From Bacteroidales bacterium (GTDB taxonomy: Bacteria; Bacteroidota; Bacteroidia; Bacteroidales; UBA10428): 64,000 nt of DNA. Every line of letters begins with the position of its first letter. The first letter of the stretch is position 1. The translations under genes were made by a program, and so were the position numbers. The notes beneath the pieces are model-generated. The model was not told the origin of the DNA. It was given only the letters and a program-made list of their open reading frames with translations, and searched no databases. This document shows, piece by piece, positions 19,883 to 29,244 of the stretch. The DNA lies in assembly GCA_050295515.1 (NCBI GenBank), contig JBNKPU010000010.1, positions 10,826 to 74,825 on the forward strand, given 5' to 3'.

Positions 19883-21292
19883 ATGAAAACGTTAATACTC
19901 TTAACAACAATATTTATTATCACGCTCCCCTCAAATGTTCTCGCCAATAAAAAATATAAAAAACTGCCACCCAATCAGATAAAGGATGTTTTTGTTCGGT
20001 TCGATCCAAACTGCCTAAGGATTCCAGGCGCAAAATTACCAATAGGTATAACCACTGTTTTGAAAAATGGAGACGTTACAGAAACCAGGGGATTCCTGGA
20101 TGGAGAAACCCGCTGGAGGAATTTTAAAATTAGAACTGAAGGAGGCTACTTCTTAAACGGTAATTTATTTCTAAGCAACATTGATAAACCGCTTAAAGGA
20201 AAAGGCATTACTGTTTTCGTATTTAACCGAAAGACAAAACAGCTTATCAAAGAACAATTTATTCCTTTCAACTTTGAAGTTGACATTAAGCTCCTTACAA
20301 AAACAGGGTTTAAAAAAGCTCCCGGGCAAAGTATTGATATTGGTTTTAAAAAAACATACAACAATCAAATGAGTTCTTATGCCTGGCCTAGAAACAACAC
20401 CCAAGCGTTGAATGAATTTACAATTTATGCAGATGGGGCTTTTCTTAAAAATGGTAACATACTCATCCATCCTGACCCTTTTAAAATTAATAACCATAAA
20501 ATAAAAGTTAAGGCTATTTATAAGAACAATCAATCATTAAGCGATTCGATTGAGGTAACACTCGACTATAGGGCCAACTATCACTATTTCAGTTCTGGAA
20601 GTAATGGCTTTAGTGGATTTTGGGGCTCGTCAGGCAGCAGTGGATCAAGCAGCTGTAATGGTAGCAACGGCCAAGATGGAAAAAATGGAGACCATGGCAG
20701 CAATGGCCCCGACCTGGAAGTTTATGCCGATGCCTATTTTGATACAATAATCAACGAAGAATTACTATTTGTAGAAGTAACCCAATTGGGCAGGGTGTCA
20801 AAAAAAAGTTATTTTATTAATGTTGATGGCGGATCGATTAGAATATGCAGCGATGGTGGGGATGGCGGCAATGGTGGGGATGGCGGGGATGGCGGTAGCG
20901 GAGGTAATGGGAAGGATGGTGAAAAACATTCTAAAACAATACATGTTAATGACAGCACAACCAAAACCATAGAATGGCAAGATCCGGGGAAAGCTGGAGG
21001 ACATGGGGGAGATGGGGGATATGCAGGAAACGGTGGAGATGGGGGCCATGGAGGCTACATAACAATATACTACACACAATACGCACAACAATATCTTCAT
21101 TTGATCCAGGCTACCAGCAGAGGAGGTGATGGTGGTGATGGTGGTGATGGAGGAAACGGTGGTAGTGGAGGTAATGGCGGTAATGGCTCGCCCGACGGAC
21201 CCGATGGATCCGATGGCAGACCAGGAAACGATGGTTTTGATGGTTACGATGGAAATCCTGGTAAAATCACCCTAGTTTTAGTGGAACAATAA
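19883..21292 (+). CDS. secreted protein with four collagen-like / GGD-type glycine-rich blocks
   Basis: Signal peptide, then a ~230-aa N-terminal domain. Gly-X-Y runs follow (GSNGQDGKNGDHGSNGPD; GGDGGNGGDGGDGGSGGNGKDGEK; GGDGGDGGDGGNGGSGGNGGNG..GPDGSDGRPGNDGFDGYDGNPG), separated by short hydrophobic strands. Confidence 0.7.
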   Translation: MKTLILLTTIFIITLPSNVLANKKYKKLPPNQIKDVFVRFDPNCLRIPGAKLPIGITTVLKNGDVTETRGFLDGETRWRNFKIRTEGGYFLNGNLFLSNIDKPLKGKGITVFVFNRKTKQLIKEQFIPFNFEVDIKLLTKTGFKKAPGQSIDIGFKKTYNNQMSSYAWPRNNTQALNEFTIYADGAFLKNGNILIHPDPFKINNHKIKVKAIYKNNQSLSDSIEVTLDYRANYHYFSSGSNGFSGFWGSSGSSGSSSCNGSNGQDGKNGDHGSNGPDLEVYADAYFDTIINEELLFVEVTQLGRVSKKSYFINVDGGSIRICSDGGDGGNGGDGGDGGSGGNGKDGEKHSKTIHVNDSTTKTIEWQDPGKAGGHGGDGGYAGNGGDGGHGGYITIYYTQYAQQYLHLIQATSRGGDGGDGGDGGNGGSGGNGGNGSPDGPDGSDGRPGNDGFDGYDGNPGKITLVLVEQ

Positions 21293-21427
21293 AAACAAAT
21301 GCCCCAAGTATATGCACCTGACAATGCACTGAGCCAAAACAAAAGGCAAAGGTGTTTTACGAACTGAAGAATTATAACTCCAGCCATTCTATCGATAAAA
21401 ATCTGTAGTACTACATGTGGGTATTTT

Positions 21428-21447
21428 AATCCGGAATATGCATTAGA
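21428..21447 (+). repeat. dispersed ~20-bp motif AAYCCGGAWTATGYATT, copy 1
   Basis: AATCCGGAATATGCATTAGA; related copies at 21582, 26073 and 60601-60640. Confidence 0.45.
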
Positions 21448-21581
21448 GAAAATCTATTGAATATTGAAATTGCTTCAATAAAAGTCGTTTCAAATACTTG
21501 TTTCTATTACCATAGCGGTGCAATGATTCAACTCACCAAGTCCTTCTATTTTTGCATTTTTAACCTTTATAACGAAGCTCG

Positions 21582-21601
21582 AATACATAATCCGGGTTCA
21601 A
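21582..21601 (-). repeat. dispersed ~20-bp motif, copy 2 (inverted relative to copy 1)
   Basis: AATACATAATCCGGGTTCAA; its reverse complement is AACCCGGATTATGTATT. Confidence 0.45.
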
Positions 21602-21659
21602 ATATGTATATTTAAAGTCTCAAAATTAATAAGTAAATAAAGTATTATACATTCCTGTT

Positions 21660-24600
21660 ATGAATAAATTGTGGATAAAAGTTATATTTTCAATGATATA
21701 TCTGAGTGTGATTTGTGTGTCAGGTACTATAGAAGCGCAGGAACCAAATCTTCTGGTAGTATATAATTTTGACTCTGTAGCCGATTCTTCCGGCACATAT
21801 ACAGGTTCGCTTCAAAATGGTGCAGAACTAGTAGATTACAATGGAATTCCCGTTTTGAAACTTGGCAGTGAAAATGGTTATTTTGATTTTGGTCAAGGTA
21901 TTGGTGAAATCATTGCCAGTCTGGACAGTTTTTCCATTTCCACGGATATAATGATACCAACCAGTACCAATATTTCACAGAATGGAAATTTCGTTTGGAC
22001 CTTTGCCAATTCAGACAACATGGCCGCGGCGGCCAATGGAAACATGTTCCTGACTGCTATTTCAACCCGGTATGCAATTTCACAAACCGCTTGGGCTGCA
22101 GAATCAAATGTAAATTCTTCAAAAGCCCTTACTAAAGGGAAATGGATAAATTTGACTTACACACAAAAAGCCAACACAGGCAATATTTATGTAGATGGAG
22201 TATTATGGAAAAGTAATAGCATCTCTTTAGTCCCTGCAAATATTGGTTCTACATCACACAATTATTTGGGCAAGTCATGCTATTTATCAGATGCATATCT
22301 TAAAAATGCCGAATATCACAACTTCCGTATATATGAAGGTGCTATTAGTGAGGCAGATATTCTTGGATTGTGCAACAGTTTACCAGATTTGAACAATTAT
22401 AATGACAGCATTTACATTTTAGAGGTTATAGGTGAAATTATGTTAGCCGATACAGATTCAGTACGGTCCAAGTTAACTCTTCAGGAAATTGTTGGTAACG
22501 GTGTTAATGTTACATGGAGCAGTTCAGATATTAGCGTACTTTCAAACAATGGTGATGTAACGCGTCCTGCCCAGGGAGCAGATCCTATATCTGTAAATCT
22601 TACTGCTACATTTACTTACAACAACATTTCAATTTCAAAAGTTTATACTGTTATAGTACTTCCTAAACTGAGTGACCAGGAGAGTGTTGAATTTGATTTA
22701 AACAATATTTCTATCGATGGGAATGTTAACAACGTTCGTGTTTCCTTAAAGCTACCCATCGTTTCTTTCGAAGGATCAAGAATACAATGGACCTCCAATT
22801 CTCCTGATTATATGAATGATGTAGGAAGGGTAATCAAACTTCCTCCTGTTGGAAGTGGTAAAAAAACAGTTACCCTAACTGCTACAGTAATAAAGGGTAC
22901 TGCAAGTATGAGCAAGGATTTTGAGGTTAAAATTGCAGAAGACGAAGGTAAATCTGCATATCTTTTTACGTACTTCACAGGTAATACTGAATCCGACGAA
23001 CAAATACGTTTTGCAACCAGCTATGATGGATATAACTATACTGCACTTAACAATGGTGACCCTGTAATAGGTTCAGATACAATATCAATAAAAAATGGTG
23101 TTCGGGATCCCCATATATTGCGTTGTGAAGATGGGAACACTTTTTATATGGTTGTCACAGATATGAAGTCAAGTGAAGGATGGTCGAGTAACCGGGGTAT
23201 CGTAATGCTGAAATCTACTGATCTTGTTCATTGGACTCATTCAACTGTACATTTTCCAACTAAATGGCCAATAAAATGGTCCAACGTGACCAGGGTATGG
23301 GCCCCTCAGACTATTTATGACCCTAGTGCTGGTAAATACATGGTTTATTTTTCATTGCTTACCAATGACGGTACTGTTTCTTATGATAAAATTTATTATT
23401 GTTATGCCAATGATGATTTTACCGATCTTGAAGGAGAACCTGTATTTTTTTACGATCGTGGATCAGCTACCATAGATGGAGACATTGTTTACAACGAAAC
23501 GGACAGCTTATACCATTTGTTTTATAAAAATGAAGGACAAGGCGGTATCTGTAAGGTTACATCAAAAACACTTACCCCTATAGATGGTCAACCTGATGGC
23601 TCACAATGGAGCAACCCTTCCGATAGACTTGAACAGACCAACAATGCTGTGGAAGGAGTTGGAGTGTTCAGACTTATCAATTCAGATGATTGGGTCATGA
23701 TGTATGACGTTTATAGTAGTGGTTATTATCAATACAATGCCTCAAAAGATTTAGCCAACTTTTCTTTCGTTAAGAATAGCACTAATTTAAGTGCAAGACA
23801 CGGCACAACTATTCCTATTTCTGAGGAAGAATTGAATAGGCTGGGTGAGGCTTTCCCTAGCTCCTCATTTTCAAATTCGCCAATGGGAGCGCGAGAAATA
23901 AATATTCGCCAGGATGAACTTACAATTGACAATTCTACCAGGCATATAGAAATACCTGTTCGTTTAGGTGTTGATATAAAACAATACAATCCTATGCTAT
24001 ATGCTTCCCCGGGGACAAATATTACGCCAACAGGACCTCAGGATTTTTCTGGAGGACCTGTAAAATATTATTTCACCCTTAATGGAAAAACAGTTATATA
24101 TAGTGTAAGAGTATATATAGCCGTAAATCCAATCATTCCTGATTTTCATGCTGACCCTGAAATTTTATTTTCTGAAAAAACACAACGATATTATATATAC
24201 CCAACTACGGATGGATATCCTAGTTGGGGAGGATATTCTTTTGATGTTTTTTCATCTCCCGATTTAGTAAACTGGACAAATGAAGGCACTATCCTTGACT
24301 TGAGCACCAATCAGGTTTCCTGGGCTTCAGGCAATGCTTGGGCTCCTTGTATTGAAGAAAAGAAAGTGGGGGAAAATGAATATAGATATTACTTTTATTT
24401 TAGTGGTGAAAGTGGAGGCAAGAAGATTGGAGTTGCTGTAGCCAATGATCCTACTGGTCCCTTTACTGATATAGGAGCACCTTTAATCTCTGATTTACCT
24501 AGTGGTGTATCCAGCGGACAACAAATTGATGTAGATGTGTTTACTGATTCTGTAAGCGGGAAAAGCTATATCTATTGGGGTAATGGATATATGGCAGTTG

Positions 24601-25814
24601 CTGAATTAAATGATGATATGGTTTCTTTGAAAGAAGGAACAACTCAGGTTATTACTCCTTCAGGTGGCTCATTAAGCACTTTTGCATACCGCGAAGGCAC
24701 ATATGTTTTTTATCGCAACGGCAAGTATTATTTCACCTGGTCGGTTGATGATACCGGCAGCCCTAATTATCATGTGGCATATGGCACATCTGATTCCCCG
24801 ACAGGACCTATTACTGTTGCTGATAATCCAATTGTAATTATTCAGGAACCTACAAATCAAATATATGGAACAGGGCACAATTCCATTTTAAAAATTCCAG
24901 GACGTGATGAATGGTATATAATATATCACCGCATAAACCGTGAGTATATAAACAACGATCCTGGTATTCATCGTGAAGTATGTATTGACAGGTTATATTT
25001 TAATGAGGATGGCAGCATTCAACAGGTAGTACCTGCAAAACTAGATTATAGCCTTAATAAAAGTCAATCAATTATTTTCGATGATATTACCGAAAAAGCC
25101 TATAGTGATCCTGACTTTTTACTGTCTGCCAAAAGTACATCAGAACTGGACGTAACATTTATTTCTTCTGACACTAATATTATAGCAATTACAGGCAGTA
25201 CAGCAACAATAGTGGGAACAGGCCTTGTTACCATTACTGCAATGCAAGAAGGTAATGCTGAATATGATCAAGCGGAGCCTGTGTCTAAAGAAGTTACAGT
25301 AGCAAAAGCTGATCAGATAATTACTTTTAGTGACATTGCGGATAAAGTAGTTGGTGATGAGCCATTTAAATTAACAGCAACCAGTTCTTCAGGCTTACCA
25401 CTTGAATATTCTTCCAGCAACAATGTTGTTGCCACAATAAGTGGAGATATATTAACTATTTTAAGTGCCGGTACAACAAATATAACAGCAAGCCAGGCTG
25501 GCAATACCAATTACAACCCTGCCACAGATGTAGTAAAAGTGCTTAATGTTGCTACAACTTCTATCGATTTAATTAGTGAAAAGAATATAGCTGTAAAGCC
25601 AAATCCTGTTAATGGAGTATTGACCATAACCTTAAAAGAACAAATAACTGAAGGAGCAATAAATATATATTCTACAAATGGCAATTTGGTTTTTTATGAA
25701 GTGTTGGAGGGCGACTGTTTAAAAATAGACATGGGCAGTTTCCAACAGGGAGTATATATTCTAAAAATAAAGTCAAGCGAAGGAGAATTTATTAAGCAAA
25801 TAGTAAAAATATAG
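21660..25814 (+). CDS. multidomain glycoside hydrolase: LamG-like, two GH43-like beta-propeller domains, Ig-like repeats, T9SS C-terminal sorting domain
   Basis: Signal peptide. GH43-type blocks (VRDPHILRCEDG..FYMVVTDM; NPIIPDFHADPEILF..YYIYPTTDG; WAPCIEE). C-terminus KPNPVNGVLTI...GVYILKIKS..IVKI typical of the type-A Por secretion CTD. Confidence 0.85.
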   Translation: MNKLWIKVIFSMIYLSVICVSGTIEAQEPNLLVVYNFDSVADSSGTYTGSLQNGAELVDYNGIPVLKLGSENGYFDFGQGIGEIIASLDSFSISTDIMIPTSTNISQNGNFVWTFANSDNMAAAANGNMFLTAISTRYAISQTAWAAESNVNSSKALTKGKWINLTYTQKANTGNIYVDGVLWKSNSISLVPANIGSTSHNYLGKSCYLSDAYLKNAEYHNFRIYEGAISEADILGLCNSLPDLNNYNDSIYILEVIGEIMLADTDSVRSKLTLQEIVGNGVNVTWSSSDISVLSNNGDVTRPAQGADPISVNLTATFTYNNISISKVYTVIVLPKLSDQESVEFDLNNISIDGNVNNVRVSLKLPIVSFEGSRIQWTSNSPDYMNDVGRVIKLPPVGSGKKTVTLTATVIKGTASMSKDFEVKIAEDEGKSAYLFTYFTGNTESDEQIRFATSYDGYNYTALNNGDPVIGSDTISIKNGVRDPHILRCEDGNTFYMVVTDMKSSEGWSSNRGIVMLKSTDLVHWTHSTVHFPTKWPIKWSNVTRVWAPQTIYDPSAGKYMVYFSLLTNDGTVSYDKIYYCYANDDFTDLEGEPVFFYDRGSATIDGDIVYNETDSLYHLFYKNEGQGGICKVTSKTLTPIDGQPDGSQWSNPSDRLEQTNNAVEGVGVFRLINSDDWVMMYDVYSSGYYQYNASKDLANFSFVKNSTNLSARHGTTIPISEEELNRLGEAFPSSSFSNSPMGAREINIRQDELTIDNSTRHIEIPVRLGVDIKQYNPMLYASPGTNITPTGPQDFSGGPVKYYFTLNGKTVIYSVRVYIAVNPIIPDFHADPEILFSEKTQRYYIYPTTDGYPSWGGYSFDVFSSPDLVNWTNEGTILDLSTNQVSWASGNAWAPCIEEKKVGENEYRYYFYFSGESGGKKIGVAVANDPTGPFTDIGAPLISDLPSGVSSGQQIDVDVFTDSVSGKSYIYWGNGYMAVAELNDDMVSLKEGTTQVITPSGGSLSTFAYREGTYVFYRNGKYYFTWSVDDTGSPNYHVAYGTSDSPTGPITVADNPIVIIQEPTNQIYGTGHNSILKIPGRDEWYIIYHRINREYINNDPGIHREVCIDRLYFNEDGSIQQVVPAKLDYSLNKSQSIIFDDITEKAYSDPDFLLSAKSTSELDVTFISSDTNIIAITGSTATIVGTGLVTITAMQEGNAEYDQAEPVSKEVTVAKADQIITFSDIADKVVGDEPFKLTATSSSGLPLEYSSSNNVVATISGDILTILSAGTTNITASQAGNTNYNPATDVVKVLNVATTSIDLISEKNIAVKPNPVNGVLTITLKEQITEGAINIYSTNGNLVFYEVLEGDCLKIDMGSFQQGVYILKIKSSEGEFIKQIVKI

Positions 25815-26072
25815 AATAAGCCTTCGGGAGCTTTCTGTTTGATGATTTTTCCCCTTGTAGCCTTATTGTAGCATCTTTAAGGTTGCCAGGGTATTTTTAA
25901 TCCAAATTAGGCATTAAAAATAAAAAACAATATCTAATCGACTAAAGTTGCCTTCGGCGATCTCATAAACTCGGCTCACATGACAAAGTGGTTCCTTTCA
26001 TTCACCGCTTAGGTGCTCATCCAGGTCAGGATTAACCTGCTCTAAATGCACTAGTTCAGCACTTATGCGCTT

Positions 26073-26094
26073 TCTATTGCATAGATCGGATTAA
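26073..26094 (-). repeat. dispersed ~20-bp motif, copy 3
   Basis: The reverse complement TTAATCCGATCTATGCAATAGA matches TTAATCCGGAATATGCATTAGA at 21426-21447 in about 18 of 22 positions. Confidence 0.4.
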
Positions 26095-26262
26095 ATGTTG
26101 TTTCCTAACAGTCGTCACTGTTTCTTAACGTTCAGTCCTTCCCGCAAGCAACTTTCAAAATTGATCAAGCTTGTAAATATTTATCTTTTTTTAGGGGTTT
26201 GTCAGATTCGACTAGTTAATAAAACAGTAGAAATAAAATAGTTTCGTAGAATGTCTACCAGC

Positions 26263-27336
26263 CTACCTTTCTGTATAATGTTTTGAATCACCCCAACTGC
26301 CATAACCAATCGTATTGCCAGCCAATGCCACCCTTACTTCCATACAGTTTTTACAGTCTTCAGCCGAATCGTCGGTGCAGGGCTTGTTTTCATATAACTT
26401 ATAATCATCCCTGAATTGGCCCGGGGTTATGTTAGGCATGATAACGTTTGCTCCTATTTTTAATGCTTTCTCACGTCCCAGTTTATCAATTGCCTGCAAT
26501 GCTGTTGCTGCAGCAATATTAATCTTAGGCATCATAATCCTAAGAATGGCTATCATTTTTAAAGCCAATTGAAAGCGGTCTTCTAAGGGCAAAAGTGAAT
26601 CGCGATGAACGAATAAAGGTGTATCGGCATGCTCAATATAGGGCCCCATTCCAACCATGTCAATACTAAATTCGCGAAGGAAAACCAGGTCATTTGCGAG
26701 GTCTTCCATGGTCTGAAAAGGCAAACCAATCATAATCCCACTCCCGACCTGGTAGTTAAGCTCTTTAAGTAACTGGAGGCTTTCGAGCCGTTTGTTGAAA
26801 CGGTGCAGTTCATCGTTGGGGTGAAGTTTCTTATATAATTCAGGATTAGAAGATTCTATACGCAACAGGTACCTATGGGCACCGGCATTAAACCAATCTT
26901 TATAGGTTTCCCTTTCTTGCTCTCCCATGGACAAGGTAATCCTTAGGTCGCTATTTGTTGCCTGATGAATTTTCTCCAGCAATCTTGTAATTCTATGTGT
27001 AAAGGCTTTGCCAGAGAGTTCGCCTGATTGCAATACCAAAGAAGCAAAATTGTTTTTATGTGCAAACCTTGCAGCTTCAACCACCTCGGCATCATCAAGG
27101 TTGTACCGCTTAAAGCTATGGTTGTCATTACGAATGCCACAATAAAAGCAATTCTTGGCACACACATTGGACAGCTCAATCAATCCCCTGAAATATACTA
27201 TATTCCCGACAGTATCACGTTTTACCTCATCAGCTCTGGCAAACAAAGCATGTTTATCGTCTCCCGTGGTTGCTAAGAGCTGAATAATATCTTCTTTCTC
27301 AAGAGTATTCTTATGTAATATTTCATCGATTCTCAT
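26263..27336 (-). CDS. hydE: [FeFe] hydrogenase H-cluster radical-SAM maturase HydE
   Basis: Radical SAM CAKNCFYCGIR. BioB-like fold, length 357 aa. Sits directly downstream of hydG. Confidence 0.9.
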   Translation of the reverse strand: MRIDEILHKNTLEKEDIIQLLATTGDDKHALFARADEVKRDTVGNIVYFRGLIELSNVCAKNCFYCGIRNDNHSFKRYNLDDAEVVEAARFAHKNNFASLVLQSGELSGKAFTHRITRLLEKIHQATNSDLRITLSMGEQERETYKDWFNAGAHRYLLRIESSNPELYKKLHPNDELHRFNKRLESLQLLKELNYQVGSGIMIGLPFQTMEDLANDLVFLREFSIDMVGMGPYIEHADTPLFVHRDSLLPLEDRFQLALKMIAILRIMMPKINIAAATALQAIDKLGREKALKIGANVIMPNITPGQFRDDYKLYENKPCTDDSAEDCKNCMEVRVALAGNTIGYGSWGDSKHYTER

Positions 27337-27349
27337 CCGTAGGCTTTTA

Positions 27350-28774
27350 TCAGAAGTATAAATCCCTCTCCCCCTGTTTTATCCGTCCCAAGCGTGTTCT
27401 TATTTCGGGGACATTGGCTTCACCATTAAGGGTGTCAAGATTCTTTTCAATCATTTGCCAACCTTTGTCAAATACATGAACGGGGGCATAATCTTCCAGA
27501 TATTCAGCCAAGGTCAAAATAGCATTTGGAGAGCAAAACCTCTTAATGAACCCAGGGACCGAAAACTCCATAAAATGCTCTCCTGTCCTTCCCAACCTGT
27601 AACAAGCAGTACAGAACGAAGGGAGATAATCCTCATTGAGCAACTCTTCAATAACTTCGCTTAAAGCCCTATTGTCATTAATCCTGAATTGTTCCTTATC
27701 CAGGTTTTGATCATGTTTTTTCCCGGCATAGGCACCCAACTCAATTTTAGTACCACCATCGATCTGGGAAACCCCAAACTTCATTACTTCCTTTCGCACA
27801 GCCTGGTTTTCTCGTGCAGTAAGTATTAAACCTGTATAAGGAACGGCCAAACGAAGAATGGCTATCAGCCTTGTAAATTCATCATCGTTTACCAAATATT
27901 TATCTCCAACATTGATATCTGACGCATCCTGAATTCTTGGGAATGAAATAGTGTGTGGCCCAACTCCATAACAAGCTTCCAGATGATTGGCATGGCGCAC
28001 CAATGAAAGCACCTCAAAACGCCAAGCATACAGTCCGAACAAAGCTCCAATACCCACATCGTCAAGACCGGCTTCCTGTGCCCTGTCCAATGCAGTTAAA
28101 CGATAATTGTAATCAGATTTTTTACCTCCCTTATGGTAATCTTTATATGCCTCGGGATGGTATGTCTCCTGAAAGATCTGATAGGTGCCAATACCAGCCT
28201 CATGCACCTTCTTAAACCCTTCAATTTCCATAGGGGCAGCATTGATATTTGCCCTTCTGATTTCTCCATTCCCTTTTTTTACATTGTATACAGTCTTTGT
28301 TGCTTCTGCAATAAAATCCGCATCGTATTTTGGGTGTTCCCCAAAAACAAGTATTAAACGTTTTTGGCCATTATCTTCAAGTGCTTCAACTTCTCTAATA
28401 AGTTGTTCATGGTTCAAAGTACTTCTTTGGGCCTGCTTGTTTGAAGTCCTAAAACCACAATACTGGCAATCATTTGTACAAAGGTTTCCGACATATAGGG
28501 GAGCAAACAGTACTATACGGTTACCATACACCTTTTCTTTAAGTTTTCGGGCACCTTCCTTAATTTCCTCAATCATTTCAGGATCGTCAACAGCAACAAG
28601 TGCTGCAGTTTCCTCAAGAGTTAACCTATTTTTGTCCAGAGACCGTTGAATTATTTTTCGAATATAATCCTTATCGGATCTGGCATTATTAATAAAATCC
28701 CAAATCTCATCTGAATCAATAAAAGGTTGCATGGGATTATCAGCCATGCGGTACTTCTCTGGTTTAAATATCAT
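27350..28774 (-). CDS. hydG: [FeFe] hydrogenase H-cluster radical-SAM maturase HydG
   Basis: CTNDCQYCGF radical-SAM motif. ThiH-like core plus a C-terminal Cys motif (CTACYRLGRTGEHF..CSPNA). 474 aa. Confidence 0.92.
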   Translation of the reverse strand: MIFKPEKYRMADNPMQPFIDSDEIWDFINNARSDKDYIRKIIQRSLDKNRLTLEETAALVAVDDPEMIEEIKEGARKLKEKVYGNRIVLFAPLYVGNLCTNDCQYCGFRTSNKQAQRSTLNHEQLIREVEALEDNGQKRLILVFGEHPKYDADFIAEATKTVYNVKKGNGEIRRANINAAPMEIEGFKKVHEAGIGTYQIFQETYHPEAYKDYHKGGKKSDYNYRLTALDRAQEAGLDDVGIGALFGLYAWRFEVLSLVRHANHLEACYGVGPHTISFPRIQDASDINVGDKYLVNDDEFTRLIAILRLAVPYTGLILTARENQAVRKEVMKFGVSQIDGGTKIELGAYAGKKHDQNLDKEQFRINDNRALSEVIEELLNEDYLPSFCTACYRLGRTGEHFMEFSVPGFIKRFCSPNAILTLAEYLEDYAPVHVFDKGWQMIEKNLDTLNGEANVPEIRTRLGRIKQGERDLYF

Positions 28775-28786
28775 ACCCGATTAATT

Positions 28787-29035
28787 TTATTCATACTTGG
28801 TTAGCACAGATTTCACTTGTACACCGTTTAGTCTTCCAATTTTTCCTGTCAGTGAATTAATCTGGTCGTTAGTACCTTCGAGTATTAATGTGATTACGCT
28901 AAGGCCTTTATCGCGGAGGGGAACACCCTGTCGGGCTAAAATAATATCAGAACTCATCGACAACAGCTCGTTCATCTTGCCTATGCTTTCTTTCGATTCT
29001 ATTAAAATGACAGCTGCGCCAATTCTCTTCTCCAT
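28787..29035 (-). CDS. TM1266-family ACT-domain protein (putative iron-only hydrogenase system regulator)
   Basis: 82-aa ACT-like protein 12 nt upstream of hydG, which is the characteristic context of this family. Confidence 0.75.
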   Translation of the reverse strand: MEKRIGAAVILIESKESIGKMNELLSMSSDIILARQGVPLRDKGLSVITLILEGTNDQINSLTGKIGRLNGVQVKSVLTKYE

Positions 29036-29104
29036 TAGATTAATTACTTAAGGATCAGTACAAAAAGATATCTTCATGGAAGGATGACCCGCCATTCAGA
29101 ATTA

Positions 29105-29122
29105 TTGTTACAAAAATAACAA
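29105..29122. promoter_or_regulatory. Rex-type operator TTGTTACAAAAATAACAA
   Basis: 12/12 match to TTGTTA-N6-TAACAA, 70 nt upstream of the TM1266-hydG-hydE operon. On the coding strand it contains TATTTTTG (a TAnnTTTG -7 box). Confidence 0.6.
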
Positions 29123-29192
29123 TAAACTCTGACAGAATACGCTCCTGTATAGAAATTGTTTGTTGATTTGATTATTTAGCATTATTCCAAAT

Positions 29193-29228
29193 AAAAAACC
29201 CATCCCGAAGACTCGGGATGGGTTTTTT
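29193..29228 (-). terminator. strong bidirectional rho-independent terminator
   Basis: CCCATCCCGA-AGAC-TCGGGATGGG stem flanked by A6 and T6 runs, just after the 29245-30147 gene. Confidence 0.8.
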
Positions 29229-29244
29229 ATTTTTTGCTGCTATA

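Noticed and set aside
26021-26030. CCAGGTCAGG, identical to a 10-mer of the SRP (4.5S) RNA domain IV region
   Set aside because: The GGAA tetraloop and the conserved AGCAGCC partner strand that should follow are absent. It is not an SRP RNA.
28185-28649. 154-aa ORF antisense to hydG
   Set aside because: It lies entirely inside the well-supported radical-SAM gene on the other strand. The sequence is Ser/Phe/Leu-rich and low in complexity, typical of a shadow ORF.
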